The notes beneath the pieces were generated by a model. The model was not told where the DNA came from, made no database searches, and saw nothing but the letters and a program-made list of their open reading frames with translations. Both the position numbers and the translations under genes were made by a program. From Lama guanicoe (taxonomy: Eukaryota), in NCBI GenBank assembly GCA_013239625.1, contig MU053762.1, forward strand, positions 85,424-149,423: DNA of 64,000 nucleotides. The letters run 5' to 3'. Positions 40,301 to 52,056 of this stretch are shown here, piece by piece. Within the stretch, counting starts at the first letter, position 1, and each line of letters opens with the position of its first letter.

Positions 40301-41843
40301 ATGATCTGCTGCATCCCAATATCCCGAGGCCGCAGCCTCCGGAAAGCCCGCAGCGAGGGGCTGTACCAATGCGGCCGACGCTGGGTCAGGTCTCACTCAA
40401 GGCGCCTCTGGTCTTTTGGCCAGAGGAACCCAAAGGTAATACAGGGAGGCCCAGGGCAGGCCCGCCCAGGCCGGGCCACCACTCAGATCCCACCCAGGTA
40501 GCTCCACGGCCCCTTCCTGACTGGTGGAATTGGAGCAGTCATGTTGGGGATGGGTTTCTGCCTCAAGCAAAAGCAGGTCAGAGGCCTGGGGGGCCAGTCA
40601 CATCCACAGCCCAGGTCAAAGCTGGCTGGCTGGGATGTGGAGAGCCGGGGAAGGGTCCTGCTGCCCGAGGTGGAGCCCATGCTCTCTGGGTAAATCTTTT
40701 CCTTCCCGGGTGTCTGAGCTGAACAAGGTCCCAGTCTGATCTGGCAGCAGAGGTTCGAGTGGACAGAATCAGGAGTGCTCCTGGCCGGGCAGGGCTCTGA
40801 GACTTCTGGGCCAGGTCAGCTGATGATTACTGTCATTGCAGAGCCAGATACCACATATTGAATAGAAGCTGATGAATAAGAACACCAACGACCCCTCCCC
40901 AAGTGAAGGGCTGTTGTGTCACTCTTCTGAGGGCCAGCGCAGGCTCCAGGTGGGTCTGGATATGGAGGGGTCCCCACCACCATGGCCGAGAAATGAATGG
41001 GGCAGGCCTCTGACCCAGACATCACCCAGGGCTCTCCCAGGGACCTGCCCGGGGATGACAGGTAGCTCAGCACACCCGGCTCTGACCTGGAGCACCGTGC
41101 CCACCTCGCTGCAAGTCAGGTGGAGGACCAGGATCCCCTGAAGAAAAGCCCGAAGGTCAGAAAGGCAGGGCTGTGCGTGTGTGTAGGTGAGGGAGGGGCA
41201 ATGGCTGGGCCACACAGGGAGGTGTCCCCAGAGGCTACTGTTGGGACCAGAGCAAAGAATGGCCTCAGATCACCTGTCTGAAAATATTCAGTCACAGAAC
41301 ACATCCTGTGGGCACTTTCTGGGTGGGAGCTGTCTGGAAAGCTCAGGGAAGTTTTCTGCCCTTGAAGAGGCACATGGAAAGGGAGGCAGGTGGGTAAATT
41401 TTTCCTCTCTCACAGCATGAGCTCGTCCACAAGACTTAGAACTCTCTCCACATCCAATAGTTACAGAGGAGGCAGGGGCAGGGGAAGATGTCAGAGACCA
41501 AAAAAAGGACGATCTGGATCCAGCAGGAGACCTCGAGCTCCCTCCTGCCACTCCTGCAGCTCCTCCTGAAACTGCTTCTGCACCTGGGTGGCTGGGCAAC
41601 GGAGAACCAGTTCAGGCATCACCACCACCTGGGGCAGAGCCCCCTCTGCACCCACCCACAGCTTCTTCTCCAAAATGTTCTCCAAAATCCCACCATCAGT
41701 CCCCTCCCCCTCCCCCTGTCAAACTTGACGTCCCTTCCGCTGGAGATGTTGTTGTTTGGTTTTCTTTAGTTTCCTTTGTTTGTTTCACATCATTTATGGC
41801 GTCCTTTATTTTTCTTTTTAGAGTTTCATGTAATAAAATATAG
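40301..41843 (+). pseudogene. Disrupted 4-exon gene: RalGDS-like family N-terminus, Pro-rich region, hydrophobic C-terminal tail, no RasGEF domain
   Basis: Phase-0 GT-AG exons 40301-40435 (MICCIPISRGRSLRKARSEG..RLWSFGQRNPK), 40842-40949 (SQIPHIE*KLMN..GQRRLQ; cf. RALGDS SSTQEIGEELIN..GQRWLG), 41120-41155 (VEDQDPLKKSPK) and 41416-41843 (Pro-rich after a 2-bp CA insertion, ending VVVWFSLVSFVCFTSFMASFIFLFRVSCNKI*); AATAAA at 41832. Confidence 0.7.
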
Positions 41844-42820
41844 ACATTTCCCCTTTTAAATTGTGCAATTCAGGAGCATTAGGGGCATTCACAATGTTGT
41901 GCGACCATCACTACCATCTAGTTTCACACTATTTCTTTTCTCAAAGTGAAACCATGGATCCAGAGAGCGCACTCCCCTCCCTCCTCACCCAGCCCCTGAC
42001 AACCCCAAGTCCTCTTTCTCTCTACGTGTCTTTACATCTCCTGGGTGTTCCTTGTCAATGAAACTTTAAAAAAGTTGTTTTTTTGTCCCTGCCCACATGT
42101 TTTAAGCTGGGGCTGGTGATTTTTTGTTTGTTTGTTTTCACTTGAAACAGCGTTTTTATTATTTTAAGGGGATATCCAGGGGGATTAAAGATGTGACGCA
42201 CAAAATGAAGCCCTTTTAGTAACTCTGTGCATAATCTCAGGGTCAACACTGCTGTTCCCCCTGTGACACTACAGCCAGAAGACAGAAGGGAGATGCTTAG
42301 CTCTTTCTGTGGCAAAAACAAAACCAAACAAATAAAAAAATTAGCAAAAGCCAAGAAAAACTGCTTGAAAGACAAACTGGAAAAAGCATTCCTCATAACT
42401 CAAGGTTGGCGAAGGGTTTCCCATCCCTGTAGTCCAAAAACCTTTCAAAACCCAGTGTTCTAAACAGAAACAGAACAGACATGGGCAGTTCCAATGAGAG
42501 GCAATGCAGGTGGCCAGTGTGTGTTAGAGATGATTGACCTCTCAGGTGAGAACACAGGCAGATGGAAACACTGCAGAGACAGCACCAGTCACTATCACAC
42601 TGGCGGGTCTTTAGTCAGGTGACAACCAGCCCTGGTGACAATGTAAGCAGGCAGAGGTTCCAGCAGATCCCCTGGAGGGAAGAGTGAAGGGACGCTCCTC
42701 TTCAGGAGAACAGGGTGCAGGATGCATCAAAGGGCCACAGATGCATCTCTTCCCCAGAAGTTCTGATCCTTACAGTTAATCCCACTAAAATCCTTACACA
42801 CCTATTCAAAGATGCCTTTT
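41805..42820 (+). repeat. Diverged ~1-kb direct repeat, copy B
   Basis: Same anchors as copy A at an offset of ~3650 bp. Confidence 0.9.
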
Positions 42821-43873
42821 CAAGGGTGTTCATCACAGCACTGGGTGAAACAGTCCAAATTAAAGCAACACTAATGTTGATGGAAAGGGGATGGTATCCA
42901 TTCGTTCTGGTTCATGTGGATGAATGAATGCTGTGCAGTTGGAAAAGTGGGTGCCTGGTCTCAACCCAATGTCAAGGGAGGCCTCAGGGTGGAAGTATGC
43001 AGACCCACTGTCTGCACCCAGGGTCCCATCTGCAAGACCACATATGTGTGAAATCAACATAGATGTAAATTGATCTGATTGCCAGTGTGTGAGACACAGA
43101 CATGGAAAGAGACATACTGAGAGACACAGAGACTGAGACATAAGAACCAAATCATTCATGACAGTCACCTCTGTGGGTGAGAATTACAAATCTCTTCTCT
43201 TTTAGGCAATATTTCAATTTTTTGTAATGTGTCTGTATTACTCTACTAATTCTAAGAGGATTAAAGTCCTATGTTATTGTAACCCATTCATTACTCATCC
43301 ATGGAGTAATTGTACACTAATCCTATTTTTAAAAGAATTTAAGTCCTTCTCAGGACTCAATTCCATGTCAGCTCAGTGGCAGCAGAGGTTCTCCAGGAGG
43401 TCGTGTCTCTTCTGAATCACCATCCAATAGGGTTGAGGAAGAAGTACCAGACTTGGGCACTGAAGACTACAGTAGAATAGAGATACTGTGGAGAGAAATT
43501 AAGACCAACATTCACAGAGAATAATCCCAAATTCATGGAGAAGAAGGCTTCATTCTACTAAGATGACAATAGTCCACGAATAGATCTAAGGATTCAAAGA
43601 ATGCATACCCAAATAGCAGGTGCTGTTCTGAAGGAACTGACAATCAATCTAAAATTCACGTGGAAAACCCTGGTGCTCAGAATACATGAGTGTATCTTGA
43701 AAAAGAAGAACAAAGTTCGAGGAATGGAAAGTCAGATGGAACCCACGGTTAATACAAAAGCACTTTAAGCTGAAGAAACTTGAGATCCAATAGATGTAGA
43801 AGAAAATCTGTCATGGAAGCCAATTCTCTCCTCTCCCTTTGCCCTATTAAGTTAGGTTGATAAAAAGACTTTA

Positions 43874-44160
43874 NNNNNNNNNNNNNNNNNNNNNNNNNNN
43901 NNNNNNNNNNNNNNNNNNNNNNNNNNNNNNNNNNNNNNNNNNNNNNNNNNNNNNNNNNNNNNNNNNNNNNNNNNNNNNNNNNNNNNNNNNNNNNNNNNNN
44001 NNNNNNNNNNNNNNNNNNNNNNNNNNNNNNNNNNNNNNNNNNNNNNNNNNNNNNNNNNNNNNNNNNNNNNNNNNNNNNNNNNNNNNNNNNNNNNNNNNNN
44101 NNNNNNNNNNNNNNNNNNNNNNNNNNNNNNNNNNNNNNNNNNNNNNNNNNNNNNNNNNNN
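43874..44160. other. Assembly gap (others at 3868-3993 and 61853-61927)
   Basis: N runs. Confidence 1.
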
Positions 44161-44668
44161 GTTGTCTTTCTGCCTAACAAGACGCTATTTGCAAGGTTTT
44201 TTGTTCTTTTTTTAAAGATTCTTACCCTAAAACAAAAACCCTATCTAAACCTCTTGGAAGATCAAATAGAAAGAAGAAATGAGAATCATGTCTGGCCTAA
44301 GAAAACTTCCATAACAAAACAGAAGGACAGAATCAGATTCAGAGCAAAAACTAAAATACATTTATACCATCAACCCTCCCACTCTTTTGTACACTTTCCT
44401 CATGTAATCTGCCAGATGGTGCCCTGGAGAAGGCCCTTTGCCAGGAACTCGTGCTCATTTTCAGAGCTCAGCCAAGCGGGAAGTTGGTCCCCAGGGCCTG
44501 AGAGGGTCTATTTGTGAAATCTTCTCTGCTGAGACCCACCGGACTGAAGGGAACTGTGTGCTCTGAGGGAGAGAGAGCACACTGAACTTCTGTGGAGGCA
44601 TCTCTGAGGTCATCCCAAAGGCACACAGCTCTAACTCTCGACACGGGAATTTTTGACTGGCATCTTAC

Positions 44669-44812
44669 TTGAAAATCTCCTCCTGGATAGAAAGAAGCAA
44701 ATTCAAGATGTTGCAATTGGATGGGCAGGTCGGCCTCTTGAATTTGTCGATGAGGAAGACACGCAATTCTCCGCAGAAATAGGAACACCAATCCCTGCTC
44801 TGCTGACTTCAT
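44669..44812 (-). other. Unidentified 144-bp exon-like segment
   Basis: gtctctttctctgtag|ATGAAGTCAG...ATTTTCAA|gtaaga. One frame is fully open (MKSAEQGLVFLFLRR...); another reads *SQQSRDWCSYFCGELRVFLIDKFKRPTCPSNCNILNLLLSIQEEIF. Parent gene not recognised. Confidence 0.5.
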
Positions 44813-45698
44813 CTACAGAGAAAGAGACGCGGCTCTAGGGGGAATTAAACACCCACCAACACTTCTTACCGACGTTAACGTCCCCACTTTATTCTCCTGT
44901 CAGGTCTCTGCACAAAAACTGTGACTCTGCTCCAAATATCACATACCCATCACCCTGAACCACTCTGTGTCTGTATGCAACTCGAGCATTAATGCCTGTG
45001 ACCATTACTGTCAAATCGTGTCCCCCTTTCAGCCCGTCTCCGGCCATCATCCCAGCCCAACCTCGGTGTCTCTCTCCAGGTCAGCAGCACTCTTCCCACT
45101 GGCTTCCCATCAGCTTACCTTGCCCTGCTTCCATTGTTTATTCCCCATATGTTACCCACAACGGTCTTATTAAAGTATGAATCAGATCAATTTGTTCCGC
45201 TTTGCAAAATACTCTCGTGATTTTCCATTGTATTCAGAAGGATATCCAGAGTCCCTACCGAGGTCCCGTGTGACCTGGTCCCTCACCCGTCTCTGCAGCC
45301 TCAGTTCTCACCGTTCTGCTCCAGCCCATTTTCACCGCCCAGACGGTCCCCACCAGGAAGCTGTGTTTGTAACTCCAAGTCTCGTACTTACACTTCTCCC
45401 GGCCTGGGAGGCTTTTCTTGTCTGTTACCTACGTGGCTTATTGTTTTGCTTCATTCAGGACTTTGTTCAAATTATTTTACCCTCAGAGAGGACTTATCTG
45501 ACCACATTATTTAAAATAGCATGCACATAGTTCCTATTCAATCATTTTCTCCCCTAATATGCTTTATGTTTCTTTGTGGCAACTATTTGTACCTGGCAGT
45601 ACATAATATATTTATTTGCTTACTGGTTTATTGTCTATTTTTCTTACTAGACTTATATTCATGGAAGCACAAATAACTGTTTTAACCAGTAACTTTCA

Positions 45699-45941
45699 AA
45701 CTGCCTTTAAATGAATTCTCTTATAAAATGAGAATTTCAGAGGCTTCCACGGGTTGCTTAGGGGAAAAAAGAGAAAGGATTCAGGTTGAACTAGGTTATT
45801 AAGGACCTTGGATTTTGTTGTTAACTGCCTTTAATTCTCTTATAAAATGAGAATTTCAGAGGCTTCCACGGGTTGCTTAGGGGAAAAAAGAGAAAGGATT
45901 CAGGTTGAACTAGGTTATTAAGGACCTTGGATTTTGTTGTT
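45699..45941 (+). repeat. Near-perfect tandem duplication (124 + 119 bp)
   Basis: aactgccttt...ggattttgttgtt twice; identical except for a 5-bp indel. Confidence 0.95.
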
Positions 45942-48479
45942 TATTTTATACATAGTAGTGTGCACCTGTTAATCCCAAACTCCTAATCTAGCAAAAGACC
46001 GAGCTGACTACTACTATTAAAAGACATTTTTTTCCTTTTAAAACTTGGGTTGTTTGAGATCTCTTTTCTTCTTTGTTCTTTTTTTTTTAAAAGAATTTTT
46101 CTTATTTTTTTTTTACATTGAGGTACTGCGAATTAAACCCAGCACGTACTCTACGCCTTGAACTCTACCCTCCCCTCCAAAGACAATTATTTTTATACTT
46201 TGACAATACCATAATGAATTAAGATGTTTTGTTCCATTTTCCCTTCATAGAGTTTATAACTGAGGGAGAGAGTCAGAGGAAGCCCTGGGCCATCCCTTCC
46301 TTCTCAGCGGGGTACTACACAGCAGAGGAGCTAGGCTGTCGCCAGGACCAGCTCACCTTTCTGCTCTGAGGGCCGACTCAAGCCACTTCTCTAAACAGAG
46401 GCGTGTTAGAAGCAGCAGAAAGTTAACTAGCGAGCAACAATGACAAAACTGACCCACCTGCAGTTGGACATTATCTGCTCTGAAATGAACATCTTAAAAC
46501 TCTTTTCCCTATTAGTGGATGGTTTTCAAAAATATTCCCAAGGAGATGAATCTCACTCTATTTTTCTGGATTTCTTGGGCCTTCTATGACTTTAACTGTG
46601 GCTTGATTTTCTGCAGAACGTCTGCAGGGAAGCCAGGCAGAACACGTGAACAGACCCTGTAGGCCACGGCTGAGGCCTCCGGTCAAAGCATCCTTGTTGT
46701 GCAGAGCCTACGTTCATGGGACCATTTTCATGAGTGCTGTAATTACTTCTCATCCAAGTGTCCCACCGAAAATGTTTCTAGATGGAAGGTGGTCTGACAC
46801 AGGTGAGCAGTGGGGATGTGGGATGCAGATGGCAGACAGACTGGAAGGAGAGAAGGGAAATGTTTCCTCAGGCTTCAGTTTGGAAGATTTATGATATTTA
46901 TATGAACATTAAATTGGGTCAGGCTGAAGTGCCGTTTGCTCTAAGATGGGGTGATATACACGTATCCCTACAACTTCTAAAAAATATGTTGAAGCTGGAC
47001 GTGACAGCCTAGGGGACACACAGCTTAGAGTGACACCTACGTTCCAGGATGCCTATGATCTCTGGCTCACAAAGAGGAAAGGAATACACATATTTTGCCT
47101 GTGTAGTTCTATGTGAAATTATTTTGACCCTTGCCGAATGGTGTAAGATCAGAAATCATGTAGTCTTTCTTACATCGCAAAGACGACAATTCTTCTTGAT
47201 GAGTCAGCAGACTGTTTCCGATGGCCCGGGGTCTGTGCCAGACATTAGCTGTCTAGACAAATACCACACAGCCCCCCATCCCTCAAGGAGATCACAATGT
47301 GTCATGGAAGAGGCAAAATTAAATAGGTTTTCAAAACAGTGTGGTAAGAGTCACTTGGCATCATGTATACTGTATGTTCAGAGGGGCTCTTGCACTGCCT
47401 GGCACAGGGTTCTAGAAGGTAGGGAAAGTATCAGAGAGGAAATGCTTTCTGCACTGACATCTGAAGGATTCCAGCAAATCTCTAGGCCAGGAGAGTGCGT
47501 GGTGGGGACGGGATTCTCGGCAGCTTTCATGTCTCGTGCAGAGGCCTGGTCATGTCTAAGAGCACTTTGCACTTAGGGAAGGAAGGTCAGTGAGACTAGA
47601 GGCTGTGAGGAACTAACGGAAGCTGAGGCTGAAAAAAAAGCAGCAACTAGCTGATGAGAAGGTGTAACTTTCAATCAGGGAGCGTGGACCTCCTCACATA
47701 CGCAGCGGGGAATTCTTTGGGGTTTTAAGGAGGAGAGTGACACAGATTAGTCATTAAAAGTGAGCAAGGTGGATTGTTCACTCTAAAGAACAGCACTGGG
47801 GAGACTAGCAAGGGGTGTGAGTTAACGCAGTGGGGAGCGAGGGGCAGGGACTTAGCTGGGGGACATTAAGGAATAGAATTGTAATACTTATGGGGGTGAG
47901 GGAGTGGAAAAGTAAAGGAAAACTCCCAGATGTATGGCACGGAAAACAGATGGGATAGTGATGCCATTGTTTGAAGAAGTAAACCTAGTTCTGAGCGAGT
48001 GTAAATCCAAACATACAGAGCTTGATATTTTTATGGGCTAATCAAGTGGGAATGTCTACTTGTCAATTACAAGTATATTTCTGGGACTGAAATTAGATGT
48101 CCTTGCTGGAAAAGATTTGACAGTTAATCAGTAGGACCGAGAGCAGTTGAAGCCATGGGAATAAATGCAACCCACTGACAGTTTATCAAAGAAAAGGGAA
48201 GGAGGGCACTTCTGGTTCAGAAAATATGCCAGACCAGACTTGAAGACCCACTCACTGAAGACACATAAAAACGTAGGACACAATGCCGCCAATCTTTTCT
48301 TTTCTTTTTTTTTTTTTTACAGGCACCTTTATTGTGGTATGATTCCTGTACAGTAAACTACACATATATCACATGTACTATTTGATGACCTTGATAGATG
48401 TCTACACCCAGAAAACCATCACCAAAATCAAGATAGCTAACATTCCCATCACTCCCCAAGAGGGGCACTTTTCGAATTC

Positions 48480-48945
48480 CCGTATTTATCCCTTCCCATC
48501 CCCTTCTCTCCCTGGTAACCGTAAGTTTGTTTCTCTATGTCTGTGGGTCTGTTTCTCTTTTGTAGTTAAGTTCATTTGTGTCTTTTTTTAGATTCCACAT
48601 ATAAGTGATATCATATGGCATTTTTCTCTTTTTCTGGCTTACTTCACTTAGAATGACTATCTCTACGTCCATCTATGTTGCTGCAAATGGCATTATTTTG
48701 TTCTTTTTAATGGCTGAGTTGTATTCCTTTGTATAAATATACTACTACATCTTTATCCAGTCAACTGTCGATGGTTACTTGCGTTGTTGCCATGTCCTGG
48801 CTATTATAAATAGTGCTGCTGTGAGCATTGTGGTGCATATGGCTTTTTGAATTAGAGTTTTCTTCTGACATATGTCCAGGAGTGAGAAGGCTGGATCATG
48901 AGTTAAGTCTATTTTCAGTTTTTAAAGGAAATTCCACACTGTCTT
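48480..48945 (-). mobile_element. Antisense L1 3' fragment
   Basis: Reverse complement of L1 ORF2 end/3'UTR (gattccacatataagtgatatcatatgg..., aaatagtgctgct). Confidence 0.85.
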
Positions 48946-49166
48946 CTCTAGTGGCAATGCAGCCCGTTTTGTGGAATAAAGCAGAGCCATGCTCAGAAAG
49001 TAAAGGGTATTTCCAGGGGCCAGACATGAAGTGCAGTGAGTGTGGCCTGTTGAAGAATCAGAGGGCAGTCTGGCAGGGCTGGAGGAGAGTGAAAGCAAGA
49101 GTGTGGTACAGGCAGCATTCAGACCACGTGGGGACCTGACAGGCTGGGATAAGGAGCCTGGACTTC

Positions 49167-49628
49167 CAGTCATCCCTTGGTAACCATGGGGCACTGGTTC
49201 CAGGACTCCCCCCAGACGTCAACATCCATGGATGCTGACGCCTCTTGTATAAAATGGCATAGGATTTGCATGGAACTTATGTGCACCCTCCCATGTACAT
49301 TTTCTATAAATATACACAAACTTTTTTTTATGGAGTTATAGTCATTTTACATTGTTGCATCAAATTCCAGCATAGAGCACAATTTTCAGTTATACATGAA
49401 TATACACGTACATTCATTGTCACATTCTCCTTCGCTGTGTCCTCCTGTGTACTTTAAATCATCTCTAGATTATTCATGGTATCTAATACAACATGAATGC
49501 TATGTAAGTAGTTGCCAGTGTATGGCAAATTCAAGTGTTGCTTTTTGAAATTTTCTGATTTTTCCCGAATATTTTCAATCCACAGTTAGTTGAATCTGCT
49601 GGATAGGGAGCCCCTAGACACGGAGAAC
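49167..49628. mobile_element. MER2/Tigger-like DNA transposon interrupted by a small antisense L1 3' tip (~49322-49440)
   Basis: cagtcatcccttgg...ggttccaggac...ccatggatgct at the left and aatccacagttagttgaatc at the right; the insert matches the reverse complement of the local L1 tail. Confidence 0.7.
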
Positions 49629-50759
49629 CCCCAAGCTCTTCCTTTCCACCTCCGAAATTTCCACTGCAAGCACTGAAGGGATCCAAACATAGAAGAGCGC
49701 CATCTACCTGCTGGAAATGCTGAGGAACTCCTTCAGCGTATGCAGCGCAGGAGAGAAGGTTTAGGGCCAACTAGTGGGAAAGGAGGGCCTGCTTGGAAGG
49801 GAAGGAGGAAGGACCGCAGTGGAAGCCATCTCGTACCCTGAGTGGAGCTAGCTGAAAGCAGTGAGGGACGCCGAGGAACTGGGGACACGTCACGTGGGGG
49901 GTGATCCTGGCCACCAGGTGCAGGGTTCACATAGCTGGGACCCAGTTTGCAAGATCAAAATAACAAGGGGGGAGAGGGGCTGCCTCAGCCCCGGGATCCT
50001 GACAACAGCCACAGCGCCGTGACCCCAGCTAATGCGGCTCCCCTAGTAAGCCAGAAAAAGGAAACTCTGAGCCAAGATATTGCAGATTCCACAGCAGCCA
50101 CACGGATAACTAGATCTCTAAGCTGACAAAATGTAACCACCAGAAACAGGAATCTTTCCTTTTCTCTTCCACTTTGGACCTCAGGGAGCCACACATCTCT
50201 GACGGGAACCATCTTTAATCCGATAGAGAGCTCACTTATTCAGGAATAAGCATGGAGAAAACGAGTGGGGTGATGGTTTAAAGCGGAAGTCAAAGCAGAA
50301 GCCCATCTGAGAAATGGTAAAAACATGCATCTCAATGAATCCGAGATATGGCGAAAAGAAGGAGAAAGGTTAAGGAAATCTCTATCCACCAGACAAGACT
50401 AGCCAGTCATGAAAAGACAGGACTTTAAATCAAGAAAACTTTTTTGTTTTTTTGGTGATGAAAAACAATGCCATATTTTAAAACAAGGCTTGGGCCATCA
50501 ACAACACGCTGAGAGTTGTTGAGGAGGAGAACATAAAGCTGCATATAGACATGTAAGTGTTCCAAGTCCACTGCTCGAAAAAACTTAGCCAATCTTCTGT
50601 CCAGTTGATTTGAAAATCCCTATAAGTAAATAACTCAAAAGTGGGAAAGACATGGGATTAAATAGTGGTAGTGAGCAATGAAATCCAAGAAGTTTATACC
50701 TATATTTTCATTGTTAATATAACAAACTGAAAGCAACTGTCTAAGTAGTAACTGGAGGA

Positions 50760-50762
<3 letters not shown>

Positions 50763-50797
<35 letters not shown>
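50763..50797. repeat. (CA)n microsatellite
   Basis: Direct reading. Confidence 0.95.
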
Positions 50798-50800
<3 letters not shown>

Positions 50801-51809
50801 TGGAACAGCAGAGAGGTAAAATATGCTAAATTTATCATTATTGAGGAACGGGATCTAATAGATTATTTCATTTTTGAGACTGTTATAGAAATACTGGTCC
50901 AATTACATATAAAGTTATGAACTTAGAGATGATTCATAAAAATTTAGAGAGAATTTTCATTAAAAGGCAATATAGCTTCCAAATCATTGAAGAGAAAATT
51001 AACAATAAAAAAAGTAATCAATCCAGCTAATATGGAGTAACAGAGACAATATTTACCATCCTAAAATAAACCACAAATTGGATACAATATATGAAGCAAT
51101 GATTTTTAAACCACGTGAAAAAGATCCTCCACTAGGACCCTGTCCTGTCACCTCCATAATAAGGCTGCTAGGCCTCCTACTGCCTTCACCAAGGATGTCC
51201 ACCAGGAGGCGACATTTCCTTCCTCTGCTCCTACTGCAGAGCCAGTCCTGAGCAGTCCTTTTCCAGGTTTTGGCAGGCAGCTTCCAGAAGTGCTCTCGTG
51301 GGCCTTGGTCCCTTTTAGCCACCAGCAAAGGGATCAAGGGTGAGCAGTAAGCCTCCTTACTCATCCAAGACCTAGGAACCTATCTGATTTCTGAGCAGCC
51401 TTTCACTCTTGTCTGCTGTCTGGTACTCTCCGCCTGGCTTCCCGAGTCCCCAGGTTCGGCAGCCTGCACACTGGCCCCGGCCCATCAGAATCTGCTCCCC
51501 ACCAAGAGGCCACGCGTGATCATGAGCAGGGCTCCAGGCCTCTGGAGCAGCGTGGCTTGGACTGCGTCCTGGACCTGGGTGCCCGAGCTCCATGCCCTTG
51601 GTTGAGTCAGTTGACATCTCTAAGCTACAGTTTCCTCATCAGTAAAATGAAGACATAATCAATATGGAAAAAAAAATCAGAATCTGGGGGGGAATAAATT
51701 TCTGGTGATTGAAGATTATTTTAATTTTGAGTTATACAGCAAAGGACATCACACAATTTTTACTACTTCAGAATTCTAAAGGACAGCTTCTACTGTTAAA
51801 ACTAATGCA

Positions 51810-52056
51810 TGCACGTACACACAAACACAGGTGCAGACACACTGGCTCTGCTCCACATACATCCCCACACGCACACACACATGGACTCATGTACCACACA
51901 CACACATACCATACACACAACCACACACGTCCTCAGGCGCACACACTCACATAACACACACAACAACATACATCCACAGGTGCGAGTGCACACACACACA
52001 GTCATGTACCACACACGTCCCCAGGTGTGCGCGTGCGCACACAAAGTCATACACAC
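51810..52056. repeat. Degenerate CA-rich low-complexity tract
   Basis: CA-rich, with the internal repeat tcatgtaccacaca and cacacacgtcc. Confidence 0.85.

Noticed and set aside
49640..50650. YAEG-containing ORF as POFUT2 exon 3
   Set aside because: Only four residues match and the context does not fit; the region looks more like ancient L1 5' sequence.
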